A stretch of 59,261 nt of DNA, counting the filler, from Dugesia japonica (taxonomy: Eukaryota): assembly GCA_001938525.1 (NCBI GenBank). It is 4 parts of 4 records of this genome, joined end to end, with 100 filler letters (N's around TTAATTAATTAA, not from the genome) between each part and the next. Parts side by side here need not be neighbours in the genome. Positions count along the whole stretch, not along the records: positions 1 to 17,208 come from MQRL01634311.1; positions 17,309 to 34,317 come from MQRL01597828.1; 2 more parts are not named here. One strand, given 5' to 3'. The translations under genes were made by a program, and so were the position numbers. Shown here piece by piece: positions 12,401 through 24,446 of this stretch. The number at the start of each line of letters is the position of its first letter. The first letter of the stretch is position 1. The notes beneath the pieces were generated by a model. That model was not told the DNA's origin and did no database searches. It worked only from the letters and a program-made list of their open reading frames with translations.

Positions 12401-15067
12401 AAATTATCAGGAAATGAAGTGAATAATATACGACCAAAAATTTAAAAGTCATAAAAGTTTTTGAAAATAATTATTGGTTTTGTTCCAAAAATTGTTACAA
12501 ATTTCTNNNNNNNNNNNNNNNNNNNNNNNNNNNNNNNNNNNNNNNNNNNNNNNNNNNNNNNNNNNNNNNNNNNNNNNNNNNNNNNNNNNNNNAATTATTA
12601 AAACAAAGACGATCCAGAAATATTGTATGCTGAAAATGAATAAAAACTGTTATTTAGAAAGAATATTTTGAAATTTCAATAGAAATAATAATTATTATTT
12701 GCGGTTTTCTGACAATTTCTTCAAATATGTCCTTCATTAAAGCATATTACATGTGGCATCATTTGATATTGTCGTCATTTCGGAATATCCAACACATTAT
12801 TATTATTATCATTATTCTTTATATCGTAGCATTTATCGTTCCTCGCATTAGCTGGTTTAATATTTTTATTTTGATATTATCTAAATTTCTCCACACATCT
12901 GGCCACTTCTGAAAATATAAATTGCTTTATTTGTGCAACTTATTATTCCATTATAGAATAATTTAAACCATATATATTATTGTGTCCATCATTTTAATAT
13001 TATTTTCAATTTCTTTCAGATCTATATGCTTATTTCATTTTTATTTCTTTTTGAATTTTGTTGTCATCAACTCAATGAATGAAAAAAATACTTTGTTAGT
13101 TCATTTTTGTCCAATTTGTTTCGTAATAATTTCACCGCAGTAGTCGATTCGTTATTTCTATAAAATCGTTAATAAGTAAACTTTGTTTCTGAAATGCCTT
13201 CCTTAATGTTTCTTCAAATCCAGTTACACTGATTTCTGCCGCTTTATAAATTGGGATGAATTCTTTATTGATTATTGTTTTTATGATTAATCCTCTTGAA
13301 GTTTCTTCGATATAAAAGTGTCAAAATATATACTACAATCACTAAATAAAGTTTCTAAATCATTATAGAATCAAGTAACCGCTCGCGAGCACCTGTGGGG
13401 TCAGTGGGAGGTCACCAATGATCTGCTCAACTGTCTTGTGTTGTTTTAATAAACGTTATAATTTTTTTTTGTGAATATAATAAATTGACTGGATAGAGTA
13501 AATTCTAATTTACTGCATGCAACCAATAGAAAATAGTGCATACGAGCTCAATTTAAATCTTGTTTAAGAGCTTGATGGCTTAATTGAGTTATATAAACTG
13601 ATACAATACAATGAATTATGTAATACTATACAACGAATTTATATAATGAAATAAACTTCCGTTCGACACATGCATCTTTTTAGAGCATGATTAATTCTCA
13701 ACGGAGTTGCACGGAATACTCATGACTAAAGTTTATTAAAGTCTGATGGAGCTATGGTATACTTCTAGATACAATAATTATCACTTCCTCATTAATAAAA
13801 TTAATGTTGAGATAGAACACATTACATGTATCTAGTTTATCAAGCATAATCCAACAATGGATGACACAAGATCAATGAAGTAGGCCGAAAGTCGAAAATG
13901 AGGAACCAAAAAACAAGATTCAATGATTAGAATAAAATTAATTAAGAAATAATATTTTCTTGTAATCAAAACAGAATATAAGGAGTAAATATTATTGTTA
14001 CGGTGGTTTAATGTGTGTTAGATACATGAACATAATTCAAATTCAATTTCATTCATCTATCAAATAGTTGGTACACCAGTCAATTGAAACGTGCTGCTCA
14101 CGGTAAGTGTCTTAATATCAACTCATATATGCTGATGTCTCTTCTTACGACAAGATCCCACGAACCTGCTTTTAATAAGTTTTTCATTATTGATTTTTAA
14201 AATTTTTTTGTAATCACTATGCATATTATAATAGTATTTGATGGTTCATTAAATTAAAAGCTTCTGTTTATATTTTTTATTTAGTTGTTAAAATAAAAAA
14301 AACAGTAGTAAAAATCAAGAATTGAATAAATAAAATATAAAATATATAAAAACATAAAACAATATTTCGGTCGAAGCATTTAGTTTAATGTAATATCAGA
14401 TACGATCAATGGTTAAGTCCAACAATTTTTCTTGTAATAAATGTAATTGTAATTGATGTAATTTAATAAAATCCAGATTTATCAATATTGTTTTTATTTG
14501 TAGTTTATTTTAATAATTTAGATAGGATTATTTAACATAAAATACAAAGTATTTATTGATGCCCTACGTTGAATTAAATTATTTACGTATAAATGGTTGC
14601 TACTTATTTGAAATAAACTTTAGTAATTGTGGATTTTATAAGTCTCCGTTTTTGCTTCACATATTGAATACCGTGTGCAACAAATTTGTTCATATCTTAA
14701 AAAAAATAGTTTTGCAACAAAAATCTTTTTGACTTCAAAATAATATTAATAAAAAAATCTTCACTTCGTAATTCCATGTGAAACATGAACTTTCCTACCA
14801 TATATGAATAAATTTCAATTATACAATTACATTCAATTGAAATATTTAAAAAAGGATAGTTAAATGAAATTGTTTCATTAAATACAATAGTGTTTCTGTA
14901 TATAAACAAAAATTTCTGTGGTAAATTGCTAGAAATTTGTGAATCACCCATTCTAAACCAACGTTTTTTTTCAAAATTGCATTCGAACTTTATGGTAAAT
15001 TTTTCCAATTCATTCTGACAGGTATAAGTGTTATTAAACAATTTTTTATAAACCACTAAAGGATCAA
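117..15067 (-). CDS. Multi-exon gene (partial) encoding at least 6 tandem ~100-aa divergent Ig-like extracellular domains; 5' and 3' exons not identified
   Basis: Six minus-strand exons (14765-15067, 11592-11876, 10999-11310, 7507-7821, 5964-6284, 117-422) have AG/GT boundaries, are phase 1-1, are 285-321 nt long (all multiples of 3) and lack stops. Most share a C-x(11-12)-[WF]-x-C ... C-x-C pattern. Confidence 0.7.
2430..2690 (-). pseudogene. Non-LTR retrotransposon reverse transcriptase fragment
   Basis: Minus strand reads HVVFLDIEDAFGNLQLKLITGILEKH, matching the RT LDxxxAF motif. Degenerate. Confidence 0.6.
2770..3020 (+). pseudogene. Ty3/gypsy RT N-terminal fragment
   Basis: GCIHLTKHQIITSDKPINIK, then a frameshifted GQKRICSYFRxMN matching GxxRxCxDxRxLN. 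Confidence 0.55.
3273..4192 (-). pseudogene. LTR-retrotransposon gag remnant with Zn knuckles
   Basis: CYACVSEHYLRRNC followed by the canonical CCHC knuckle CSRCNRRGHCAKNC. Upstream Lys/Glu-rich capsid-like sequence is broken by stops and frameshifts. Confidence 0.75.
4245..4950. repeat. Degenerate repeat array with palindromic AGGTGTGAAATTTCACACTT core; related to 40120-40540
   Basis: Core recurs at about 4288, 4561 and 4810. The tail CTTTCACAyCCTAAmCTTTACAATTTTT occurs at about 4903 and 40510. Confidence 0.65.
5200..5890. repeat. Degenerate ~31-bp minisatellite (TATTATATGACTATATTGGGTTTATTGTGTG)
   Basis: Consecutive 31-nt units are clear at about 5630-5725, with decayed copies on either side. 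Confidence 0.7.
5964..6284 (-). CDS. Ig-like domain exon 5 (xVPKLELYP...NIQC...NWRCQF...NIKCGC...IPKS)
   Basis: Acceptor cattag, donor gtttgt, 321 nt, phase 1-1, open. Confidence 0.7.
6994..7380 (+). pseudogene. hAT-superfamily transposase fragment (intronic)
   Basis: RLSIDEWCS (first catalytic D, DxW), VTSDG (second D) and HQLC (decayed CxxH motif). Confidence 0.7.
7507..7821 (-). CDS. Ig-like domain exon 4 (xKIFLKPKK...KIECY...KWYCNL...NITCWC...LPMT)
   Basis: Acceptor ttcag, donor gtgcgt, 315 nt, phase 1-1, open (contains one N). Confidence 0.7.
8232..8408. mobile_element. hAT (Charlie-like) MITE
   Basis: Termini CAGTGGTC...GACCACTG. The 8-bp flanks ATTTAATT and ACTTAATT match at 7/8 positions (TSD). 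Confidence 0.75.
8435..8537. mobile_element. Short Tc1/mariner (Tc2/pogo-like) MITE remnant
   Basis: TA-CCGGATTTTC...ATAAGACC start with inverted GGTCTTATTTT/AAAATAAGACC sub-terminal motifs. Confidence 0.4.
8820..10227 (+). pseudogene. Ty3/gypsy pol C-terminal half (RNase H, integrase, GPY/F), decayed
   Basis: TDHKAITF (RNase H), HKSLCH plus C (IN Zn domain), HIDFCG, IHTDRGKSFES, SNGIIERQFRT, RYEGPAII. Many frameshifts. Confidence 0.85.
10228..10522 (+). repeat. Polypurine tract and probable 3' LTR of the gypsy element
   Basis: AAAAGGGAGGAA lies right after pol and is followed by TG at 10240. The 3' end of the LTR is approximate. Confidence 0.6.
10999..11310 (-). CDS. Ig-like domain exon 3 (xFMQIIITPNP...NITC...SWSCDF...NIQCTC...LAKL)
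   Basis: Acceptor tttag, donor gtatgt, 312 nt, phase 1-1, open. Confidence 0.72.
11592..11876 (-). CDS. Ig-like domain exon 2 (xLPLLQITSPQ...KYFKWDCEFC...LYCSYIL...KIPM)
   Basis: Acceptor ttctag, donor gtatgt, 285 nt, phase 1-1, open. Confidence 0.7.
14765..15067 (-). CDS. Ig-like domain exon 1 (xDPLVVYKKLFNNTYTCQ...KFECNF...IECNCII...ELR)
   Basis: Acceptor tttag at 15068-15072. Phase-1 donor gtgaag is weaker. 303 nt, open. Confidence 0.6.
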
Positions 15068-17208
15068 CTAAATATGAATATATTATAATGAAAACAAATC
15101 ACATAAATTAATAACCCTAGTGTAATAATTATTAAAAAAAAAGCAGAACATTTAAAATAAAGTAATTTATTTTTTGTTAAGTCCAACAATTATTCTCGCA
15201 AATATTGTATAAATCAATATTTAAGATTTAAATTTTGTAAATTCAATTCATTTAATTTGCTGTACATAGAGTTTCTGTTTTCCCGAACTTTTTATATTCT
15301 CGAGCTTCGAGAAATCGAGAAATAAATATGTTTTCTCCAGAAATCTCGGGAAATAGGAAATTTTTAATATAAGTGAAAGTTTTTTAATTGTTGGTAATTT
15401 GTTTATATTAAAACTCAATTCGTCTACATTTTGTAAATTATATAGGTCATAGTTAAAATCTTTAAATATATATAATAACTTAACGGGTTGTAATTTAAAT
15501 AAATTATAATATATTTTAAATTATAGTATTAAAGTATATTAATAGTATTATAGTAATTATAGTATCATAGTATATTAATATTATAATATATTATTTATAT
15601 TATATATTATTATACTTTACACTTCCCAAGAATTCTAACAAAGCCGTTAAAAAAACAATTTGCTATCGATTTCATTTTGCAGATTTCGATCGTGTGTATT
15701 ATTAATATTAAAATATATTTTTTATTCAACAATTAGCCATTAAAACTTAAATGTTTTACAGTCGATAAGAAGCGTGTTTAAGTGATTGTGATTGTTTTTT
15801 GTAGCAATAAAATTAAATATTTAAGTCGCTCAATTAAAAAGTGATAAAATTTACATGATGGTTAGAAAGATTTTTTAATATTTCTTAACATATCTCTTCC
15901 TCGTATTTTAAAATAAGCAATTTAAACTTTATGAAGTTACCGGCGAGTGAGCACCACTAAGTGATGATTAAATAACAATATAAAACGAAACTTTTACTAT
16001 CTACGAGTCAGCACCGAACGATTCAACGTGAAAAATCACTAAAAATTTGAAGTGGAATACTCACAACAAAACGTCAAAAAGTGACGATAAAGAAAATGAA
16101 AAATCAGAAAAATAATATCTTAAAAATCATTTTTTGATATATTCTTGTAAAATCATAAAAGATATTATCAAGTTCGAAAACTAAGAAGAAAGATTATTTT
16201 TATTTGCATTTTAATGTGATAGACACCTGTTGATAATGTAAAAATGTCAAAGATGATGATTACTGATACGATGATCGTTGCTCGTTAGCTGTGCAAGTAG
16301 TAATAGTTGTCATCTGTCAAATATTCTAGTGAAAAACTTTTGTTTTATTATTAAACTGTATTTTTTTAAACATTTTATAATTTTTTTTTCAATTTATAAA
16401 AGTTTATTTTAATTATATTCATTATAAGCTACATTAAATTTATACAATTAAAAATTTTTTTATTATTAAATATTATAATTTTTTATTTTTTTACAATTCT
16501 TTATTTCTTTAAGTTTTATTTTTTGTAATTTCATTTAAACAAAAACTTCCATCAAATTATTTTTGTTTTTGATAATATTTCAAATACTATCAAAAACAAA
16601 ACCAATTTGATCAAAGCTTTTATTTTAATGAAATATAAAAAACGATCAATGCTTACGTCCAACAATTATTCTCGCAATAATTGTAATGGTAAAAATTTAT
16701 GTTTTTATTTTGTTTTAATTAATTTTTTATAAACGTATAATGCTTTATTTATGTTGTAATAATTATAATTATAAATTTAAAATTAATTTATAATAATAAT
16801 TAATAATAATTATAAAATTTAAGAATTATCATTTTTTTTAATAAAAAACTTTTTTTATTATATTTTGTTTAAATAAATTTAATTAATTTATTTTCTATTA
16901 ATTTCAATTACTATAATGATTATAAACAACATTGATTTTAGGTTTATTCAATTTGATCAAAATTTATTCATATTTTCTGTGAAGTTCAGAAATGCAGCCT
17001 GTTCTTAATGTTTTCCATGCTATAAGATGTTTTTCTGTTGAAATATTATGATTGTTTTGAAAATGTTTGAGGACTTCAGTTTCTTCAAACAATTTTCAAT
17101 GCTTTTAAAAAACACAGTTTCATAATTGTTAGGATCCAGCTCTCTATAGAAAATATAAGTAGGTAGATGGTAGCGCACAAGCACAATTTATTTTTCTTAC
17201 CACCCCCC

Positions 17209-17308
17209 NNNNNNNNNNNNNNNNNNNNNNNNNNNNNNNNNNNNNNNNNNNNTTAATTAATTAANNNNNNNNNNNNNNNNNNNNNNNNNNNNNNNNNNNN
17301 NNNNNNNN
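17209..17308. other. Artificial scaffold-joining spacer (44 N + TTAATTAATTAA + 44 N)
   Basis: Exactly 100 nt, has stops in all six frames, and is identical to the spacers at 34318 and 47380. Confidence 0.95.
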
Positions 17309-18945
17309 TTCAATAAAGAAACTCCAGTTAATTAAGCAACAAATCTACTACACCAAACGCTTTTCTAGCCAACCTAGTTTTTCAATTTTATTGTAAGGTT
17401 ATAATGCTACGTAATTTGAAGAGACAAAATGTCATTTTCTCACACATGTTAGCTAGCATATGCAATTGAGTTGGAAAAATTTTGTTTTAGATCATGCCTA
17501 TTGCTGCAAAAATAGAACATAATCCCATTCTTTATACTTAGATTGACACACATTCACTTTTAAAGTTTTTTAAATCTTATTTTATTGTATTGATTACGAA
17601 ACAGGTTTTATTGGCCAGTATTTAAAAAATTTCCTTCTTATTTAGCAACAGTAACTGACGATAGTCATATATTTGTCCGAAATATGTCTTACAAAAAAAG
17701 TTTTATAAAAATTAAGTTTTTTCATTTTATACATACATATATATATAAATATATACATACTAAATAATATATTAAATTTAGTTTTACTCTTTTGTATGGG
17801 AAATGTCAATTTTGTTATAATTTAGACACTTTCTGAGTAAATGTCATAATGTCTTGATTAAAATTAATTGAAAATATTTTTTACTAAAATAGTAATGTGT
17901 ATTGTTAAAAGAATAAAAATTATAACTTTTGAATATCAATATCTGTAAAAAGGCATAACCTATTATATTTAAAATTGAAATGAATACTGTTATAAATCCC
18001 AAGGAGTTAATATAATAACTACTAAGATATTTGGAACTGTTTTAAATGTTAATGTTTGTTTTTGTCAAATAATAGAATTTATATAAAAATAAACAAAATG
18101 AAGTAATATATAAATAAATTAAAATATAATTCATACTCCGATTGTTTTCTTAAAAATACAAAATTTACATTTGCTATTTATTGATTTCTTTTTTCTATTA
18201 TTTTTCTAAAAATATGAATTTAATTAATTTATTACCACGAAAATGTTATCAGTTTTATGAAAATTCCGGATTAAACAAAACCAGGGAAACATGTAAAGAA
18301 AAAAAAGAAAATGAAATTACATAAAAAAAGTAGAAAAACAGGAAACTGTTCCCGAATGTAGAAAAAAAGAGTTTGTTTAATAATTTCAAGAAAAATGGTG
18401 TAAAAATTTCAAATAACAGCAATCTATCAAACACGAAGTAAATAAATAATAATAAATTAATAAAATCCAGTGGAATTCTTGTTTCTTCATGACCAGTGAA
18501 AATAATTATGATAGGAGTAAAAAGATATTAATTGTTGTTAATTAACTGCATTTTCTGATAATTTAAGGTTATTTGTGAGGAGAAACCTATGTAAAGGAAG
18601 TGGTTTAATAATTTAATTAATAAACTGATCAGACTTTGTTTTTTTCTATAAGGTTCCCATGAAACTATCAATTAGCAAAAAAACATGATCAGTTATTTGA
18701 TGAAAGTTCATACAAATTTTAAAATTCAAGCTTTTGAATATTTAGACTAGGTTTTAATATTATTTTGGGTGAATAGAAAGTAAACAGTGAAAAGATTTAT
18801 GATGGTCCATACTACAAATAGTATGTTTGTTAGGTAAGTCTAAGAGTTCAAGGTTGAATTTAAAAAACTGAAAAATTTATTAAAAAATGAAAGATAAAAA
18901 TTTTAATTTGTTTTTAATGAACAAATTAAGCAGCCTTAAAAATGT

Positions 18946-18989
18946 ACCAGTTCGAAAGAGCGTGGGTTCGAATTTCACCACTTCCACCA
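18946..18989 (+). pseudogene. 3' half of a tRNA-Leu-like sequence ending in CCA
   Basis: ACCAG, variable arm TTCGAAAGAG, then CGTGGGTTCGAATTTCAC-CACTTCC-A-CCA. No 5' half or A-box. Confidence 0.6.
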
Positions 18990-20039
18990 TATTATGTATA
19001 ACCTCCAATTATAATTTATTTGCCAAATAAGAACTATTAATTTGAGACATTTTTTATTCACTATTAACAAAGATAAGTAATTAAAAAATTATTCGGCAAA
19101 TAGAACTAATTGTATAATTATAGTTATTGTACTTCATTTCTATTGATTGCAATTTCGAATTATTATTTATTTTATGATACTTATCAATTTGAAATTAAAC
19201 TTTAATTTTCAAAATTTTTCATAAAAAATATTTAAATACATGAATTATTTTTCAATAATTTTCAATTAATTATAATTTTAAATTTTATAAATCTTATTAT
19301 TTTCAAATAATTTTTTTGTATTTAAAACTTTTAATAATTCTATTAATGTTTAGTTTTTATCTAAAGATTTTATCCTAAAAATTTATCTTCTATTATAAAA
19401 TTTATTTAAAAAATAAACTTTTGTTTCATGTTTAAAATTCAAATTATTTTAAATTACATTTTTTAAAATTCTCAAACAAATCAAAATCTAAATCTGAAAC
19501 AATTTGTGTATCAAATTAATCTTTTCTTAAAGTGTTCTTTTAAAAATTTTCAATTGCACATTTTATAAATTCGTTTTTAACAACAAATAATTTTTTTATT
19601 TCTAAAAATTATTTAAAAAGCAAAGATCAAAGTTGCTGTTCTTTTACTTTCAATATTTCAGCAAAGCCTTCTATAGGAACTATTTTTCAGGAAATTATTA
19701 TTACAAACTTTGACATAAAGACAGATTTTAAATTAATCTGAGAAAAATCAATTTTCCTTGAATTTTAATTGTAATATAAAATTAAATGAACATTTTCTCG
19801 GTTGATTGCTGCAAAAAATAATAATGAAAAATCGATTTTATAAATTTTTTCAAATGTTTTGACATAAAAACAAATTTAAAATGATTTTTTAAAAAATAAT
19901 TTAAGTTTTAAAACAATTTAANNNNNNNNNNNNNNNNNNNNNNNNNNNNNNNNNNNNNNNNNNNNNNNNNNCTTATAGTAATGAGTTTAATAAATAGATC
20001 TAATTTCTTGGACATATTAGTAAATCCGTGATGAATATT

Positions 20040-21720
20040 TTCAATCACACATCCAAATACTGGCATATGCTGATTATATTGTACTCATTGCAACTAATAT
20101 TACTGATCTCAATAGCATTATCGAAATTACTGTGCAAACTGCTGGTCTGATTGGTTTTGAATTTCGGCCAGAAAAGTGTGCATACATGAATCTGCCGTCG
20201 AATGACACAAACAGTCAAATCTCAATATGTAACCAAAAGATGAAAAAACGCTTGACAGATGATTTCTACCAATATCTTGGAGTGCCAATCGGTGATGGTA
20301 ATGACCAAAGTCCATATAAAATTATTGAAAATTTAATAGATGATGCAAAAAAGCTTGCAAACTCTGATCTTTGTGGATGGCAGAAACTCAAAGCCTATAA
20401 ATTATTTCTTCACTCAAGACTCATATTTGCTTTTAGAACTAGTGAAATAAAAACCACAGCTCTTAGTGCCTCGGAAAATAACAACACAAGCAAATTTAGG
20501 ACTGAACTCAGACGTAGGTTGAATCTTCCTAGTAAGTCTGAAATCTTTTACTTCTACAATTCAACAGAAAATGGAGGTGCTGCATGGTTTGACCTTCTTG
20601 ATGAGTACCACACACAATCCATTATTCAGGATTTTCGACTTTTCACTTCAAAATGTGAGCTAAAAAAGCAAATAAATCTAGATTCTTTGTGCTATATTGT
20701 CAGTCCTCGTTTTATGCAAAGACATCCAACAATTAAAGAGAGTCTTGAATGGATAAACGGAAAGCCATTTATATCTAATGAGAAATCAAAGAAAACTAAC
20801 TTTCAACGTCCACGAACCTCAGTCGAATACTTCAAAAAATTACATGAAATTCAAATATCCTTTGAAGTACAAAAGGATGAAGTCGTTATACACATTTCTT
20901 CAAATATTCGTGGCACATATATTATAACTTCAAACTTCCGCAACAAAGTTGCTATGATTATTCACAAAGCAATATATGACTCTTAGGCAGAAAAAGTAAA
21001 TAAAAGTAAGATTAACAATTTTGTATTTTAAGCAACTCAGAGGAGTCCGACATTCAATAAAATGATTTATAATGGCGCACTTACTGAACATCTAGGCAAC
21101 TTATTCACTGTCTTGAACAAATAGCTTAGCAATAGCTGCAAAGCCATACATCACGAATGAAAACGGAAAAAAATGTCGCAGGTGTAAAGCTGCTGATGAA
21201 ACACTGATGCATGTGTTGTATTTGATTACATTTACAATCTCTTACTAACAGCAGTACGTCATAATGATTGCCTTGATATAATTGTGAAGAACATCAAATC
21301 TCCAGAATATATTATTGAGGTCAATACTACCAGTAAATATATGAAAGGATCAATGGAAAGAATTGACTTACAAATAACCAATGCAGAGAAAAAGACTATA
21401 TACTTGGTAGACGTGAAATGTCCATTTGATTCTGAAACACTCTTAAGAAATGTTGACATTAAAAATCTCAATAAATACGATAATCTTAAAGTTAAAATAA
21501 AAGCAGCCAAACCCGAGTACAGAGTTGAATTGTGAACATTTATCTTTGGATTACTTGGTTAAATACCACCAAAAACCTCAAAAACAATTGAAGAAATTGG
21601 TATAAATAAAAGAATTATCAATAAACTACTTAAAGAATGTTTAATGAGTAACATAGCAAATTCAGCCAGGATTCGGGACTTCCACACAAAAAGAGAATAC
21701 ATAAATTTTGAAAAATAATG
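20040..21720 (+). mobile_element. Non-LTR retrotransposon (RT + CCHC + restriction-like endonuclease; NeSL/R2/R4-type), 5'-truncated and decayed
   Basis: LAYADY (decayed YADD), GFEFRPEKC, YQYLGVPIG, CRRCKAADETLMHVL, RHN, RIDL...IYLVDVKCPF...KNLNKYDNL (REL motif), FGLLG. In-frame stops present. Confidence 0.9.
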
Positions 21721-22172
21721 TAAATAAATACAAATTAATTATAAAAATAATTTGTTTAAATATAGTTAGGAATTTGTGATTATTTGAAAATTAATTCAAA
21801 CTTAAAAATGTAAAATACTGAACTTAATTTGTTATCAGCTTTGTCTGATCCTCTTAAGATGATAAATTCTATTATTTCTGAATTTTATTGAATTAAAGAA
21901 GGATCTATTAACCCCATCAATTCTCCAATGATCAATTCAGACTCTAAGAATCCTGCTAATTTTTCTGTGGATAAACTCAACTCAATGTATAATTTTACAT
22001 TGTTATTTGAAAATGATGTCTATGCCGATAATAAATCAAAGAATAATCAGAAAACGCCGAAGAGACAATAACAGACAGTCGTGTATTATTGCGTGATTTT
22101 ATGATATTGATGGCTAGTTACATGTAGAATTATTTGTAAAATCAAATTTGTTAAATATAATAAAATTTTAAA

Positions 22173-22225
22173 TGGTTCAACGGTAATAGCATTATTTTAC
22201 AACTCATCAGTGGTGGTTCGATTCC
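22173..22225 (+). promoter_or_regulatory. tRNA-derived Pol III A/B-box remnant (SINE head or tRNA pseudogene)
   Basis: TGGTTCAACGG (A-box-like) and GGTTCGATTCC (B-box) at tRNA-like spacing. No full cloverleaf. Confidence 0.4.
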
Positions 22226-23889
22226 TATGATTGTCGACTTATTTTACACTTTGTCTTTTATTTATAACTTTTTATCTATAAGGTTTGGTGATTTTTAACA
22301 ATATTTTTCTTACTCAAGTTAAAATTCTCTATCGAATAGATAGTTTGATGTTTAAATTCAAGTTACTCTTTCCAAAATTCATAATTTCCTCCCGAAATGA
22401 AGTACGTGTTTTTTCTATATAACGTTTTATCTATAAAGTTTGATGATTTAAGGTTTACATATTTGGAATTAGTGAAAGATTCTTTATCGGATAGATACCG
22501 TTATTGCGAATTTTGAGATACTTTTCAATTTTCGACAAAAGTTGCCAAATCCAAAAGGACAGATGAATATCTTCATTAGGAAGCATTTTTCCCGAGACGA
22601 TATTTTAACTTTTTACAGTCACGTTTTTTCCTGAGTAAAATAAAATCAAATTTGAAACCATACGAGTTATGTATGCAAAGAAAATTGAGCACCAAAATTC
22701 AAAATTTTAGATTTTTCATCACAAAACCCTAAATATTTCATCCCGGATAAACTTTGGCGATTTTAAGTTTATATATTTGGAATAAGCAAAAATTTGTCTA
22801 TCTAATAGATATGATTATTTAATGTAAAAATGAGAAATAAATATTTCGAAAAATTTTTATTTGTGAATAATAATCAAATTTTGCATCGATTGATGTAAAA
22901 ATCTCAACAAAACATTTTTTCAAAAATTTTCGAAATTTCAGTTTTTCTCCCAGATTCCCATAAAAAATTGATTTAAAAATTTTAAAAATCTGAAAATTTA
23001 AACAAAAATGACCTAATTTCACAAATTTACCACAAAAGTTTAAAATAATTTTTAAAAACTTCAAAAATTTAAACAAATTCGACTTTTTCCATGAATTTTC
23101 GAAAAACTTCATCTCCAACTGACCAATCTCGAGGAAATAATTGTCTAAATCTTCCAAAAATTTGCCCAACTGACCAACCCCGAGGAAATAATTGCCTAAA
23201 GTCATACAAAAATCAACCTTCTCGAAGAATTTCCGTAGCAAATCATACAAAAATTTAAAAATTTTTTTTGTAAGACATGTTTGTTAGACAGGTACTGTTG
23301 TTAAATAAGAATGAAATTGTTTATATACTGGCCAATAAAACCTGTTTCGTAATCAATCGAATAAAATGAGATTAAAATAAATTTAAAAGTGAATGTTTAA
23401 AAATGAAGTATAAACAATTTGATTATGTCACCCAATTCTTAAGGCCTAATATGCAATTCTTTAAAACTAATTACCAAAACCGCTGTTCAAAACTGTAAAC
23501 TCATCAATTCTTATTTTGATTTTTCTATTTTTGCAGCAATAGGCATAATTTAAAACCAAATTTTTTAGACTCAATTGCATATGCTCGCTAACATGTGTGA
23601 GAAAATGACGTTTTGTCTCTTCAAATTACGTAGCATTATAACCTTACAATTATATTGAAAAACTAGGCTAGCTAGAAAAGCGTTTAGTGTAGTAGATTTG
23701 TTGCTTAATTAACTGGAGTTTCTTTATTGAAGTGATAATTAATCTAAATGTAAAATCATCAAAATATTATATTATCATTTTAAAGACTTAAATCTTTTCA
23801 AGAATGAAAGTTTTATAGTTAACTTTTCTTGATTATTTTTAAAGTTTTTTTCTTAATTATTATTTGATGTTGAGCATCGTTTGTTAAGA

Positions 23890-24290
23890 GTACTCCGCAA
23901 ATTATTATAAATCATTTATTTGTTTTATCCATTAACTTGAAGACTACTATCTAATCGGCTAAGAACATTATCAGCAATCTTAAAGTTTGATGATATACAC
24001 CACACTCGATTAACCAAACCTTTTATTAATCTATTTTTTTAATTGATAATCACAAAATCTTAGGAGTTGTATATAGTCATGTGTCTGTTGGTCTTTATAA
24101 CGTGAAATATTATAGTTGCAACCGTGTCTAAAAACAAGAACACATAAGAATGGTAGTTTACCTTCTTTTTCAACATCGATAGTGTATTTTATATTTTGAT
24201 TAGGATTGTTCATGTATTCAAGGATAACTAGTATATCATTTTGGTCTTTAAAAATAAGAAGATATCATCTAATTTATGAGGATTTGATTA
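23890..24290 (-). pseudogene. Penelope-like element RT/thumb fragment
   Basis: DDILLIF...NIKYTIDVEKEGKLPFLCVLV and KGLVNRVWCISS...LQVNG, both PLE RT signatures. Confidence 0.8.
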
Positions 24291-24446
24291 GCTGAAGAAA
24301 ACTTGATTTCTATATTACTTTATTTTGAATTGATCGTTAAGTTTAAATTTTATATCATCAAATTATATTCAAATTTTATTTTTTACACAAAACCAAATTA
24401 AAACAATTTAATTTAATTAATTGTTACAATTATATGGAAGTGTATT

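Larger units (their letters stand above)
17309..23734. mobile_element. ~6.4-kb DNA transposon with ~400-bp terminal inverted repeats (5'-CACT end; CMC/EnSpm-like?)
   Basis: 17309-17700 is the reverse complement of about 23260-23731 (for example TTCAATAAAGAAACTCCAGTTAATTAAGCAACAAATCTACTACAC). The right end reads ...TTGAAGTG. The left tip and TSD are lost in the spacer. Confidence 0.75.

Noticed and set aside
12600-13450. Decayed coding-like patches (also 37700-38050, 39130-39750, 50950-51600, 54500-55060)
   Set aside because: Only faint hints of non-LTR, hAT or MULE motifs; too degenerate to call without a search.
17158-17208. AGTAGG-starting possible Polinton terminus at the end of segment 1
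   Set aside because: Only about 50 bp are visible before the spacer, and similarity to 40050 is too short to support.
17253-17264. TTAATTAATTAA as a piggyBac target or other biological motif
   Set aside because: It is centred in exactly 44+44 Ns three times, so it is a six-frame-stop assembly linker.
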